Shown here: positions 29,093 to 39,209 of the stretch, in pieces | How positions within the stretch are numbered: position 1 is the first letter of the stretch | How the letters are laid out: every line of letters starts with the position of its first letter | Origin: Alteromonas naphthalenivorans | GTDB taxonomy: Bacteria > Babelota > Babeliae > Babelales > CAIQNR01 | Direction: 5' to 3' | NCBI GenBank assembly: GCA_047631715.1 | Contig: JBLICC010000001.1 | Location: forward strand, 1 to 64,000 | Length of the DNA stretch: 64,000 nucleotides | The notes under the pieces: generated by a model | Told to the model about the DNA's origin: nothing | Seen by the model: only the letters and a program-made list of their open reading frames with translations | The model's database searches: none | Made by a program: the position numbers and the translations under genes

Positions 29093-30142
29093 TCAACCTT
29101 CTTGTTGAACAAAGGCAATAGTATTATTGTGTATAACTGGTAATCCTGCGGCTTTATATTCAAGATATTTGGTAGGGCGAGACACCCAATTAAGAATATT
29201 TTGTTCTCGTAATAAAATTCCTTCATCAGCAACGCATAAGTACGATAAAATATTTTTATGAGAAACGGTAATAATTTTATAACAGCTTAAGCAAAGCTTT
29301 TCTTGTTTACATATATTTTTAAATATTTTTAGATCTGTAGTTAGTAGCAATAAAAAAGAATTTGGTTTTTTTTTGAGTTGATCTTTAAAAAATATAATAG
29401 TTTGAGTGGGGCATTGCCATGGTTTTGCAGATCCGTTATAGACGTACACATAAGCATTTGAGGGTATTTTTAATTTAGTACGCAATGCTGATCTAAGTGT
29501 TGTGCGTTGTGCGGGTTTTATTGCTATGGGGGTATCGTCATGTTGATTATAAGTAAAGATCTTACTGGGTAGGGTATAGGTTGTTATGAGATAGTCTTGT
29601 AATGCTTTGCTTACGATTTGTATTTTAAACGCCACAGTTGCTTTGTAGGTGTATGCTTCTTGCTCCCAATAAGCAAGTTGATAGGTGCGTAATCTATGTA
29701 ACCAATAAGTAAAAAAAGAACTGTTTGTAGTACTAAAGGCATATTCTTTTGCAAGCAGTCCGCGAGCTTGTAGTGTAAGATTCATGCAATGGCTGGTAAG
29801 TGCTCTTTGTGTGATAAGGCCTGCAAGAGGTCCACGAGCTATGAGTGAATAGTGTGTAAGTACCGTAAGAAATGTTTTGAGTTGCCATGCCCCAAGCGCA
29901 AGAGAAGGCCATCCTAAAAAAATAGTTTTTTTAAAAAGTTTAAGAGAGAGTCGTGGGTGTAACTTATTTAATCGGTTAATTTTTTGTGTAGATGGATATT
30001 TTTTTTCGAAAGAGACAAGCGTGGCTGTAAGAGTTTTATTACGCCCTAGCTTTTTGAGTAAAGGGTCAAGGACTTGCCCTTCAAATATCGAATGTTCGAT
30101 TCCATCGTATAAAACAAAAACAAGCGAAGCTGTTTTTGCCAT
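29093..30142 (-). CDS. Glycosyltransferase (GT-B, family 4-like)
   Basis: YNGSAKPWQ, ADEGILLRE, SRPTKYLEYKAAGLPVI. Confidence 0.75.
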   Translation of the reverse strand: MAKTASLVFVLYDGIEHSIFEGQVLDPLLKKLGRNKTLTATLVSFEKKYPSTQKINRLNKLHPRLSLKLFKKTIFLGWPSLALGAWQLKTFLTVLTHYSLIARGPLAGLITQRALTSHCMNLTLQARGLLAKEYAFSTTNSSFFTYWLHRLRTYQLAYWEQEAYTYKATVAFKIQIVSKALQDYLITTYTLPSKIFTYNQHDDTPIAIKPAQRTTLRSALRTKLKIPSNAYVYVYNGSAKPWQCPTQTIIFFKDQLKKKPNSFLLLLTTDLKIFKNICKQEKLCLSCYKIITVSHKNILSYLCVADEGILLREQNILNWVSRPTKYLEYKAAGLPVIHNNTIAFVQQEG

Positions 30143-30221
30143 AGAGTGACCTTTCTTTTTTTGTTACACTTAGCTCAGTTTATATAAAAATAGAGATACC
30201 TCAAAATTGAAAGATAGTTAT

Positions 30222-30806
30222 ATGATTAAAGTTGGTCAAAAGGCTCCAGAATTTAGTTGTCCGGTTGTAGAAGGTTCTACTGTTAAACAACAGTATTGCC
30301 TTAAAGATTTAGGTGATACGTATAAAGTTATTTTCTTTTACCCTGCGGATTTTACTTTTGTGTGCCCAACAGAGTTACATGCTTTTCAAACAAAACTTGA
30401 TGCATTTAAAAAACGTAATGCATTAGTGGTAGGGGTTTCTACCGATTCTGTAGAGAGTCATCAAAAGTGGTTAAAAACACCAAAAAAAGAAGGCGGCGTA
30501 GAAGGGATCACTTATCCATTGGTTGCTGATGATTGTAAAAAAATGGCTTTAGATTACGGTGTTTTAGATGAAGCTTCTGGTATGGCGTTGCGTGGATTGT
30601 TTGTACTTGATAAAGATAACATTGTGCAAGCTGCTGTTATTCATAACATGCCATTGGGAAGAAACATTGACGAATCATTGCGTATTCTGGATGCATTACA
30701 ATTTCATGAAAAAAATGGTCAAGTATGCCCAGCAAACTGGGAAACAGGACAAACCGCATTAGATGCAACAACTGAAGGTGTTAAAGAATATCTTTCTAAC
30801 TCTTAG
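30222..30806 (+). CDS. ahpC: 2-Cys peroxiredoxin (AhpC/Tsa)
   Basis: FFYPADFTFVCPTE, GRNIDE, VCPANW. Confidence 0.93.
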   Translation: MIKVGQKAPEFSCPVVEGSTVKQQYCLKDLGDTYKVIFFYPADFTFVCPTELHAFQTKLDAFKKRNALVVGVSTDSVESHQKWLKTPKKEGGVEGITYPLVADDCKKMALDYGVLDEASGMALRGLFVLDKDNIVQAAVIHNMPLGRNIDESLRILDALQFHEKNGQVCPANWETGQTALDATTEGVKEYLSNS

Positions 30807-30809
30807 TTG

Positions 30810-31151
30810 TTATATTAAATTTTTTTTTCGAGGACCAATATACAAACCTTCATCAGAGCTTGATTCCTCTGAATCGTAGTCTAATACAGAATATGTGGGC
30901 TGCTGGTAAAGAACTTTTTTTTCGTTAATAGTCTGGAAGGTGTGAGTTTTAGCAAGAAGAGGAGATTTGCTGCGCATGGGCTGATTATAGCGAACTTGTT
31001 TGAATAATGTTTTTGTACATTTTATAGGGGCACAAACAATTGATTCTCCAATTATGCAGATTGTTGCATAGCAGATTGAACTGTAAGTGCATTCAGAAGA
31101 TATACCTTGTGTGGGAAGTAGCAATAAAAGTAATGCGATAATTTTTTTCAT
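30810..31151 (-). CDS. Hypothetical secreted protein
   Basis: Signal peptide, GGAGG RBS, Cys-rich N-region, acidic Ser tail. Confidence 0.6.
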   Translation of the reverse strand: MKKIIALLLLLLPTQGISSECTYSSICYATICIIGESIVCAPIKCTKTLFKQVRYNQPMRSKSPLLAKTHTFQTINEKKVLYQQPTYSVLDYDSEESSSDEGLYIGPRKKNLI

Positions 31152-31237
31152 AATGATGAGCCTCCAGATTATAAGATGTCCCTTACCGTAGTATTACACT
31201 TTATAAGGTAATGAAGACGGTAAGGGACTCATAGTAC

Positions 31238-32398
31238 TTACATAAAATTAACGTAGATAGATGCTACCAGTGCAATTGCCGTTGGTATTTTGATAGGTGT
31301 AAATCCCCATAATTTATATGCAATATTAAGAAGTGTAATAACAATAATTACAGGATAGCATGTTTCTATAATAGGCATAGAAAGCTCCATAATAGTAGTT
31401 AGTCCATAACATGAAAGAATACTTGTAAATCCTAATACGCCTACTAAGCATGGAATATATTCAACTTTATTATTAGTTAACTCAACTTGTACATATTCTG
31501 CAAGTATTGTTGCTAGAGCAATAATGGTAGAAAAACAGGCCATTGCAACCGCTATGGCAATAATAAAGGCACCATGTGTTCCCATAATTTTAAAAGAGAT
31601 ACGACTAAACAGTTCAGCACCATTAGAAGCTTGAATTGTTTTTCCGTAAAATGCGCCTAAGAAAGCCATTCCGGTATAGACAAAACCTAAGAGTGTACAA
31701 CCGAATAATCCTGCTTTCATTGCGGTCCATGCAAGAGTTTTTACATCATAATCGTTATGATCTTTCATTGTTTTTTTAAGAATGGTTAAAACAATAGAAG
31801 CAAAGAAGATACCACCAAGTAGATCTAAATGTCCGTATCCAAGTTTTGCTTGTTCATAAAATATATTCCAGTTGCTAGCCGCTACAGGAACAAGTGTTGT
31901 TGGGTGGAGCATTCCTTTTATCAAAATAATACCTAAAGAAATAAGCAATGCAGGACTAATAACATGACCTAAAAGATCAATGATTTTGTTTTCTCTATAG
32001 GTTGCAAGAAACGTTATTCCACAAAATACTACACTAAATATAGGGAGTGAAACATGTGGAAGAAAAGGTAAAAGCATTGTATAGGAAAGTGTTACAATTC
32101 GAGACATTGCAATGAAGGGTCCAATAACAGCCATACAAAATGCAACTGATAAAAATCCTGGTATTTTACCAAGTCGGTTAAAAAAAGTTTTATAGTTTCC
32201 ATCAAATAAAATTACGGCAATAAGCCCAATTACAGGGAGTAGTACTGCTGTGGTTAAGAAACCTGCAATTCCCCAAATAAATTTATCACCAGAATTAACA
32301 CCAGCTTGTACAGGAAACATAAGGTTAGCTGCACCAAAAAGCATAGAAAAGATAGCTAAACCAGCAGTTACAACCGTAGATTTTAAAACATTTCTCAT
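31238..32398 (-). CDS. brnQ: Branched-chain amino acid:cation symporter (BrnQ/LIVCS)
   Basis: GLAIFSMLFGAANLMFP, IGPF..R, ACFSTIIAL, YPVIIVITLL. Confidence 0.9.
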   Translation of the reverse strand: MRNVLKSTVVTAGLAIFSMLFGAANLMFPVQAGVNSGDKFIWGIAGFLTTAVLLPVIGLIAVILFDGNYKTFFNRLGKIPGFLSVAFCMAVIGPFIAMSRIVTLSYTMLLPFLPHVSLPIFSVVFCGITFLATYRENKIIDLLGHVISPALLISLGIILIKGMLHPTTLVPVAASNWNIFYEQAKLGYGHLDLLGGIFFASIVLTILKKTMKDHNDYDVKTLAWTAMKAGLFGCTLLGFVYTGMAFLGAFYGKTIQASNGAELFSRISFKIMGTHGAFIIAIAVAMACFSTIIALATILAEYVQVELTNNKVEYIPCLVGVLGFTSILSCYGLTTIMELSMPIIETCYPVIIVITLLNIAYKLWGFTPIKIPTAIALVASIYVNFM

Positions 32399-32455
32399 AA
32401 GAAAGTTCTTTCGAAAGTAAAAAAAAAAATTATATACTAAAAAAAGAGGAAGAGA

Positions 32456-32593
32456 TTAGAAAGCCACGAGAGTGGACATAATCATCATGACAATGACAAA
32501 CATGACAGGCATAGAAGAAATAATCACAGAGTGTGATTGTAAAGAATTTTTTTGGGTAAATTGGCTCGAACGATGTATATAGGACTCGTTCAT
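32456..32593 (-). CDS. Putative Val/Ile/Met-rich leader peptide of brnQ (45 aa), absent from the ORF track
   Basis: GAGGAGG RBS; MNESYIHRSSQFTQKNSLQSHSVIISSMPVMFVIVMMIMSTLVAF; ends 57 nt before the brnQ ATG. Confidence 0.65.
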   Translation of the reverse strand: MNESYIHRSSQFTQKNSLQSHSVIISSMPVMFVIVMMIMSTLVAF

Positions 32594-32757
32594 TGTTGCC
32601 TCCTCATCGTGTTTTTAAGGATTAATAATAAAAGTAAGAGTACCGTAGACTATAAAAAACTGCAAGTTTCTTTTAGGGTTTCGGTTGCAAAATAGGCCTA
32701 ATGCCAGTATATCTTATCCAATATTTGTTCTCTTAGAAAACCAAGGGTGGTAATTAA

Positions 32758-35160
32758 ATGAAGTACATTAAACAGTTTAAAAACTTACAGCTTAAAGATA
32801 TTGCCCAAGTGGGTGGAAAGAACGCTTCTCTTGGTCAAATGATACAAGATCTTGGATCTCAAGGTGTTGCAGTACCGGGTGGATTTGCAGTAACCGCCGA
32901 TGCATATCGATTTCATATAGCAGACAATATATTACTTGATGCTCTTAAAAAACTTTTAAAGCCACTCAAAAAACAGGGTGATATCAAAAATTTAGCTCGA
33001 GTTGGGAAAAAGGCTCGAGAACTTATAGCCAAAGCGCCGTTGCCAAAAAAATTGGTAGAAGAAATTACACAGGCTTATAAAAGTATGAGCAAAGAATCAG
33101 GAATCGATAATTGTTCGGTAGCTGTTCGTTCTTCGGCAACAGCAGAAGATTTGCCTGATGCTTCTTTTGCCGGTCAACAAGAAACCTATCTTAATGTTTC
33201 AGGGGTCATAAATGTCTTAGAAGCATGTCGAAAGAGTATGGCCTCACTATTTACCGACCGAGCAATTATTTATCGTATGGAGAAAGGATTCGATCATTTT
33301 GATGTTGCTCTTTCTGTGGGAGTACAGCATATGATTCGTTCTGATCTTGCTAGTGCAGGAGTTATGTTTACCATTGATACTGAGACTGGGTTTAAAGAAA
33401 GTGTGATTATTACGTCTTCGTATGGTTTGGGAGAAACAGTTGTAAAGGGAGAGGTAGTTCCTGATGAATTCCATGTTTTTAAGCCAACGCATAGAAAAGG
33501 TTTTCATTCTATTATTCGTAAAGAGTGCGGTAGTAAAAAAATAAAAAAAGTATTTGGTACTATTCGCAAACCAGTAGTTAATGAAAAAGTAGATCAAAAA
33601 GATGCTGTGCAGTTTTCTTTAACAGATGAAGAAGTTTTGCAATTAACCGATTTTGCAGTGACTATCGAAGATCATTATTCAAAGCTTAAGGGTTCATTTT
33701 GTCCAATGGATATTGAGTGGGCAAAAGATGGTAAGAATGGAAAATTATATATTGTGCAAGCACGTCCAGAGACAGTGCATACAATGCGCAAAAAAGGTCA
33801 CGAAATTATTGATTACACAATCAAAAATAAAAAAGAAGCTCAAGTATTGGTTGAAGGTCAAAGCATTGGTCAATTAGTTGCACAAGGCAAAGCATGTATT
33901 ATTCGGCATGTTAAAGACATAGAGAAAATGCGCAAAGGTGATGTTTTGGTTACCCGTATTACCGATCCTGATTGGGTTCCGATTATGAAGCAAGCCGCTG
34001 CTATTGTAACAGAAAGCGGTGGAAGAACGTGTCATGCTGCCATTGTAAGTCGTGAGCTTGGTATTCCTGCAATTGTTGGTGCTGCGGGTGCAATGAAAAA
34101 AATAAAGGATAGGGAAGAAGTCACTATCGATTGTAGCCAAGGTTCAGGTGGCATTGTATACAAAGGTGATCTTGCTATTAAAAAAACAGTTACTCAAGTA
34201 AAGAATATTAAAAAGCCACCGGTCAAAGTGTTGCTTAATATTGCATCGCCAGATCTTGCCTATAAACTTTCTGATTTGCCGGTTGATGGGGTTGGGTTAG
34301 CGCGTATAGAATTTATTATTGCGCATGATATTCAAATTCATCCTATGGCGTTTATAGATCCAAAAGCGATAACAGACAAAACAGTACAAAAGAAAATTGC
34401 TCAAAAAACTGTAGGTTATCAAGATCCACAAGATTATTTTATAGAAAAACTTGCACAAGGTGTTGGAACCATTGCTGCTTCGTTTTATCCACGACCAGTA
34501 ATCGTACGTTTTTCTGATTTTAAGAGTAATGAGTATCGTGGATTATTGGCAGGAGATGTATTTGAGCCACAAGAAGAAAACCCTATGATTGGGTGGCGTG
34601 GAGCGTCTCGTTATTATCATAAAAATTATCAACCAGCTTTTGAATTAGAATGTGAAGCATTAAGGTATGTACGTGAGTCGATGGGACTGGATAATGTGAG
34701 CGTGATGATTCCCTTTGTGCGTACGCTGGAAGAGGCAAAAAAGGTTATCGCTATTTTAAAAAGTCGCGATCTTGAGTCTGGTAAAAATGGATTAAAAATT
34801 TACATGATGTGTGAATTGCCTTCTAATGTTTTATTAATCGATCAATTTGCAAAATACTTTGATGGATTTTCTATAGGGTCAAACGACCTAACACAAACAA
34901 CACTATCGGTTGACCGTGATTCTGGATTGCTTTCAGCACTCTTTGATGAGCGAGATCCTGCGGTAAAAATTATGCTTGAGATGGCTATTAAAGGTGCACA
35001 TAAGGCGAAAAAACCGATTGGTATTTGTGGGCAAGCGCCATCGGATCATCCAGAAATTGCTGAGTTTTTAATCAAGCAAAAGATAGACTCTCTTTCATTA
35101 AACCCAGATACCGTGCTACCATTTTTATTATCTTTTAACTCAAAGGGGAGTGGGAAATGA
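32758..35160 (+). CDS. ppsA: Phosphoenolpyruvate synthase
   Basis: VGGKNASLG, AVRSSATAEDLPDASFAGQQE, GGRTCHAAI, FSIGSNDLTQ. Confidence 0.97.
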   Translation: MKYIKQFKNLQLKDIAQVGGKNASLGQMIQDLGSQGVAVPGGFAVTADAYRFHIADNILLDALKKLLKPLKKQGDIKNLARVGKKARELIAKAPLPKKLVEEITQAYKSMSKESGIDNCSVAVRSSATAEDLPDASFAGQQETYLNVSGVINVLEACRKSMASLFTDRAIIYRMEKGFDHFDVALSVGVQHMIRSDLASAGVMFTIDTETGFKESVIITSSYGLGETVVKGEVVPDEFHVFKPTHRKGFHSIIRKECGSKKIKKVFGTIRKPVVNEKVDQKDAVQFSLTDEEVLQLTDFAVTIEDHYSKLKGSFCPMDIEWAKDGKNGKLYIVQARPETVHTMRKKGHEIIDYTIKNKKEAQVLVEGQSIGQLVAQGKACIIRHVKDIEKMRKGDVLVTRITDPDWVPIMKQAAAIVTESGGRTCHAAIVSRELGIPAIVGAAGAMKKIKDREEVTIDCSQGSGGIVYKGDLAIKKTVTQVKNIKKPPVKVLLNIASPDLAYKLSDLPVDGVGLARIEFIIAHDIQIHPMAFIDPKAITDKTVQKKIAQKTVGYQDPQDYFIEKLAQGVGTIAASFYPRPVIVRFSDFKSNEYRGLLAGDVFEPQEENPMIGWRGASRYYHKNYQPAFELECEALRYVRESMGLDNVSVMIPFVRTLEEAKKVIAILKSRDLESGKNGLKIYMMCELPSNVLLIDQFAKYFDGFSIGSNDLTQTTLSVDRDSGLLSALFDERDPAVKIMLEMAIKGAHKAKKPIGICGQAPSDHPEIAEFLIKQKIDSLSLNPDTVLPFLLSFNSKGSGK

Positions 35161-35591
35161 AAAAACAATTATTTTTAATACTAATGCTTTCAGTTAGCCT
35201 CAACGCTGCTGATAGTCCAGAAGTGCAATCAGATTCAGATGGCGAAACTATTTTGATATTTTCAAAAAAAGAGATGTATGATATGCGTACATCAGAACAA
35301 GCTATTATTGCATTGCAAGCAGCAAAAGGGCAGATTGGAAAAGAAAAAAAATCGCAGCAATGTGGAATGCTTATACTATCCAGCGACGGTGAATTTATGC
35401 GAATTGATCACAAGCAAGATGAACAAAAAAAGCCTGAAAAAAAAGACCTAGGTCAACAAGTTGATGATGATATTGATGCTGTAGTTAATGCGGTTTCCAA
35501 TGCTATAGAAGGTGCGCTTGATACTGTTGATGATGCACTTGATTCTGTAGTTACTGGAGCAGAAAAAGCTTTGGATTGGTTGATTGGTTAA
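35157..35591 (+). CDS. Hypothetical secreted protein
   Basis: Signal peptide; ATGA overlap with ppsA. Confidence 0.7.
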   Translation: MKKQLFLILMLSVSLNAADSPEVQSDSDGETILIFSKKEMYDMRTSEQAIIALQAAKGQIGKEKKSQQCGMLILSSDGEFMRIDHKQDEQKKPEKKDLGQQVDDDIDAVVNAVSNAIEGALDTVDDALDSVVTGAEKALDWLIG

Positions 35592-35592
35592 T

Positions 35593-35910
35593 CTATCGAT
35601 TGCCTGTGATCGTAGTTACTAAATCAACCGCGTAATCTTTAAATTTATCAAAGTAACCTTCAACATCATCAACATCGTTTTCTAATTCTTCTTTAAAGGG
35701 CTTTTGGCTATGCCCATGCCCACACTCTAAACAAATGTTTTTCTCAGTCCGTGGTCCATTGCAATGACACGAGCAATCATCTATATGAAATTGAGCATTG
35801 CTGTGAATAACGCCAGTTTTAAAATCTTTTCTTTCCCATGATGTGCAATGTGGTGATGCGTTTGAAAAGAAAGGTGCTAAAAGAAGTATGGTGAGTAGTA
35901 GTTTTTTCAT
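35593..35910 (-). CDS. Small secreted Cys-rich protein
   Basis: Signal peptide; CSCHC..CLECGH. Confidence 0.7.
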   Translation of the reverse strand: MKKLLLTILLLAPFFSNASPHCTSWERKDFKTGVIHSNAQFHIDDCSCHCNGPRTEKNICLECGHGHSQKPFKEELENDVDDVEGYFDKFKDYAVDLVTTITGNR

Positions 35911-36059
35911 GATGCGCTCGATTCAGACTGAAAACTTTCTTCAACTTCCCGTTTTTCTCTTGTGAGTTCTTCGTAATATGGTGTTGGGCAAGCCGTTAAG
36001 AATGTTTGAGCTACTAAAAATATACCGACAATAAATATAACGAAATGTATAACCTTCAT
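35907..36059 (-). CDS. Small putative lipoprotein (50 aa), absent from the ORF track
   Basis: AGGAG/GGGG RBS; MKVIHFVIFIVGIFLVAQTFLTAC.. with lipobox LTAC; ATGA overlap with the next gene. Confidence 0.6.
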   Translation of the reverse strand: MKVIHFVIFIVGIFLVAQTFLTACPTPYYEELTREKREVEESFQSESSAS

Positions 36060-36194
36060 TTCCCCTATCTCCTTTTCTATAAATTACATTATAGAATTAA
36101 AGATACCATGATAGGTTTTCTAATTGCAATACTTTTTTAAAAAAATAAAAATCTCATTAAAAAGTGTTGTAAGAAAGGGATTTCTTATAACAAC

Positions 36195-37112
36195 TTAAAC
36201 AATGTGTTCAATGTTTTTTGATTGATTATATATATAAGAATCGGCTGTTCCTAAATCTGCAATAAAGCTTTTTATATGGGGAGCATAAAGTGGATGCTGT
36301 AGAGCAAGTCCAATAATCGCTTTTATCCATCCTATTGGAGTTCCTACGTCATAACGCATAGATTGAACTTTGTAGGCAAAAACTTTTTCGTTGTTTTGGA
36401 TCATATGGGCTATTGCATCGGTTAATTGAATTTCTTCTGTGCTATAAGTGCTTACATGATCAAGAGAGTTAAATACTTTGTGAGATAAAACATAGCGACC
36501 AATTATAGCAAGATTTGATGGAGCATCTTTTTGAGCAGGTTTTTCTACAAGATTAGAAATTTGAAATAAATGTGGAGTGATCTGTTGCTTGATATCGATA
36601 ACTCCATATGAAGAAATGCAATCAATAGGAACTTCTTGTACTGCAACAACACTGCCTTTTTCTTGGCGAGCAATGCGCATAAGTTGACCAAGGGCAGATT
36701 GTTTTCCTACTAAAATATCGTCGGGAAGCATAACACCAAAATATTCTTTGTTAATACACTGTTCTGCCAATGAAACTGCGTGTCCAAGCCCAAGAGCTTC
36801 TGCTTGGCGAATATAGGTAAACTGCGTAGAGCGTGTTATTTTTTCGAGTCCTCGAAGTAAACCTTCTTTGTTATTTTCTTTTAGAAATTCATCAAGATCT
36901 GGTTTTGCATCAAAATAATCTCCCAGAGCTTGCTTTCCTGAGCTTGTGATAATAATGTAATTTTTGATTGCTGCTTGTAAACCTTCTTCAATAATATATT
37001 GAATAGCGGGTTTTTCGAGCAATGGGAGCATCTCTTTGGGTACGGATTTGGTGAAAGGTAAAAAACGTGTTCCTTTACCAGCTGCTGGAATGACTACTTT
37101 TTCTATGTCCAT
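36195..37112 (-). CDS. galU: UTP--glucose-1-phosphate uridylyltransferase
   Basis: VIPAAGKGTRFLPFTKSVPKEMLP, GLGHAV, VEKP, IQLTDAI. Confidence 0.95.
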   Translation of the reverse strand: MDIEKVVIPAAGKGTRFLPFTKSVPKEMLPLLEKPAIQYIIEEGLQAAIKNYIIITSSGKQALGDYFDAKPDLDEFLKENNKEGLLRGLEKITRSTQFTYIRQAEALGLGHAVSLAEQCINKEYFGVMLPDDILVGKQSALGQLMRIARQEKGSVVAVQEVPIDCISSYGVIDIKQQITPHLFQISNLVEKPAQKDAPSNLAIIGRYVLSHKVFNSLDHVSTYSTEEIQLTDAIAHMIQNNEKVFAYKVQSMRYDVGTPIGWIKAIIGLALQHPLYAPHIKSFIADLGTADSYIYNQSKNIEHIV

Positions 37113-37152
37113 AGCAACGCTCCTTTAACTAATCTCTTTAATGAGTCTTTTT

Positions 37153-38187
37153 TTAGAACTGTTCCAGAAAAGATACCTGTCCTGAATGTAAAAGTCTAAT
37201 ATCGTTGATGCCGTATTTTAGCATTGCCAAACGTGTTAGTCCGCATCCAAAGGCAAATCCAGTGTACTTTTTAGAGTCTATTTTACATGCTTTTAAAACA
37301 TTTGGATGTACTAATCCAGCACCAAGCATTTCTATCCAGCGTGTATGCTTACATGTTGCACAACCTTTGGTACAGAATGGACAGGTGATGTCGAACTCTA
37401 TGCCTGGTTCAACAAATGGGAAAAATCCTGGACGAACACGAATAGAAAGTTTCTTACTATTGAATAATGTTTGTAAAAACGTTTTGAGGGTTGCAATCAA
37501 GTGAGACATAGAAATGTTTTCTGCAATAACCAATCCTTCAAGTTGCATAAACATAAAATCGTGAGAAGCATCGGTTGCTTCATAACGATATGCGCGTCCG
37601 GGTACAATCAAAGCCAACGGAGGCTTTTTCTCTTTCATTGCATGAATTTGTACGGTCGAAGTATGCGTTCGCATTAAGAGTCCGGGGATATTCAACCAAA
37701 AGGTATCAAACATATCACGAGCAGGGTGATCGGCCGGAATATTTAAAGCATCAAAATTATATTCTTCAGTTTCAACTTCTGGGCCATCAAGAACTTCGTA
37801 CCCCATCGATTTAAATATGGCACACACTTCTCGTGTAAGATGCGTGTAAGGGTGTAGAGATCCTCGAGATTGATCAGTTTTGTATGCGGTTACATCAAAG
37901 TGCTTATGTTTTTCTTCTTCTTGCTCAAAAGATTTTTCGAGTAAATCTTGTTGTTTGCTTAAAAAGAGATCTTCTACAGTCCGTTTAAGTTGATTAATTT
38001 GGGGACCAACTTCTCGTTTTTCTTCTACAGAAAGAGTTTTGAGTGTTGGCATTAATTGAGCAATCTTGCCTTTTCTTCCCAAAAATTCTACGCGTGCTTG
38101 TTCAAGATCTTTGGTTGATTTAACAGACTCAAGTGCTTTTTGAGATGCTTTTTGGAGAGAACTTATTTCCGAAAATATTTTTTTCAT
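37153..38187 (-). CDS. pheS: Phenylalanine--tRNA ligase alpha subunit
   Basis: NFDALNIPADHPARD, RTHTS, FPFVEPG, GFAFG. Confidence 0.97.
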   Translation of the reverse strand: MKKIFSEISSLQKASQKALESVKSTKDLEQARVEFLGRKGKIAQLMPTLKTLSVEEKREVGPQINQLKRTVEDLFLSKQQDLLEKSFEQEEEKHKHFDVTAYKTDQSRGSLHPYTHLTREVCAIFKSMGYEVLDGPEVETEEYNFDALNIPADHPARDMFDTFWLNIPGLLMRTHTSTVQIHAMKEKKPPLALIVPGRAYRYEATDASHDFMFMQLEGLVIAENISMSHLIATLKTFLQTLFNSKKLSIRVRPGFFPFVEPGIEFDITCPFCTKGCATCKHTRWIEMLGAGLVHPNVLKACKIDSKKYTGFAFGCGLTRLAMLKYGINDIRLLHSGQVSFLEQF

Positions 38188-38298
38188 GCTTTTGCCATCC
38201 GGGCTTTGTGATATCTTTTAGCTTATTCTGAAATACTAGCAGACCGAGCTAAGGTTGGCAATTTTAAGAAAGTAATGAAATAAGAATGGTTTGGAATT

Positions 38299-38373
38299 TG
38301 GTGCCGGGAGACGGAATCGGACCATCGACACTGTGCTCTTCAGGCACATGCTCTACCACTGAGCTACCCCGGC
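38299..38373 (-). tRNA. tRNA-Phe(GAA)
   Basis: GCCGGGG..TCCCGGC-A-CCA; anticodon arm TGTGC-CT-GAA-GA-GCACA; T-loop TCCGATT. Confidence 0.92.
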
Positions 38374-38556
38374 TACAACATGTTATTTATTACAATAACA
38401 GAGAAAAGATGTTCTTAAGGTACTATCCCCAGGTAATTTGTCAACAATAATTAACCTTAAAAGTAAAATTTATGCTTAATTCTTCTCTTCTGTTTCTTAA
38501 TATACTATGGTAAAAAACATAGTTTTTAAAAAAGGATGAGCAAGAGGTAGCAAGTT

Positions 38557-39207
38557 ATGAAACCAGTATCATTACAGAAACAGAGCGTCGCATGGTTCAA
38601 ATTAGCTGAATGTGTGGGGCGTGGAGAAAAAGAACGAGCTTTGAGTTTATTACGTCTTTTAACCTACTCTCTCGATAACAAACCATTTGTTAAGCAATTA
38701 GAAGCAGACATACTTTCATTTTTCGAAGATTCTCAGGCATTAACAGAATATGTAAGCGCGGCTCATATGTTCTATAAAGAGGGTAATGTCATAGAAGCGA
38801 GCGCAGTGTATGAAAAGCTTATTGCGCTTGAGCAAAAGACAGAATTCTTAGAAAAAATTGTTATGCTTTATTCGGAACTTAAAGATGAGAGCAAAATTGT
38901 TTATTATCAAAAAAAGCTTTATTTAAAATATCTTTCTAATGGATTTGTTGCAAAAGCGATTGCGGTTCTCAAAGTATGCGAAGATCAGCTTGATGGAGCG
39001 GAAAAAATAGATATGTATAAAAAGCTTATCTTTGCCGCTATCACCCATAAATATACACAGCAAAAAACCATCACAGAGTACTTGTATAAAGTTCTGGATG
39101 GTTTATTACGATTCGGTTCAGATGCGGAACTTCAATTATTTCTTTCTGATCTTAAAGCGCTTAATGCCATGTGGCACAAAGATGCCGCTGAGTATTTAAA
39201 GCAATAA
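38557..39207 (+). CDS. Hypothetical helical (TPR-like) protein
   Basis: 216-aa ORF with A..Y..G...A..Y helical repeat pattern; GAGG RBS. Confidence 0.65.
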   Translation: MKPVSLQKQSVAWFKLAECVGRGEKERALSLLRLLTYSLDNKPFVKQLEADILSFFEDSQALTEYVSAAHMFYKEGNVIEASAVYEKLIALEQKTEFLEKIVMLYSELKDESKIVYYQKKLYLKYLSNGFVAKAIAVLKVCEDQLDGAEKIDMYKKLIFAAITHKYTQQKTITEYLYKVLDGLLRFGSDAELQLFLSDLKALNAMWHKDAAEYLKQ

Positions 39208-39209
39208 TG

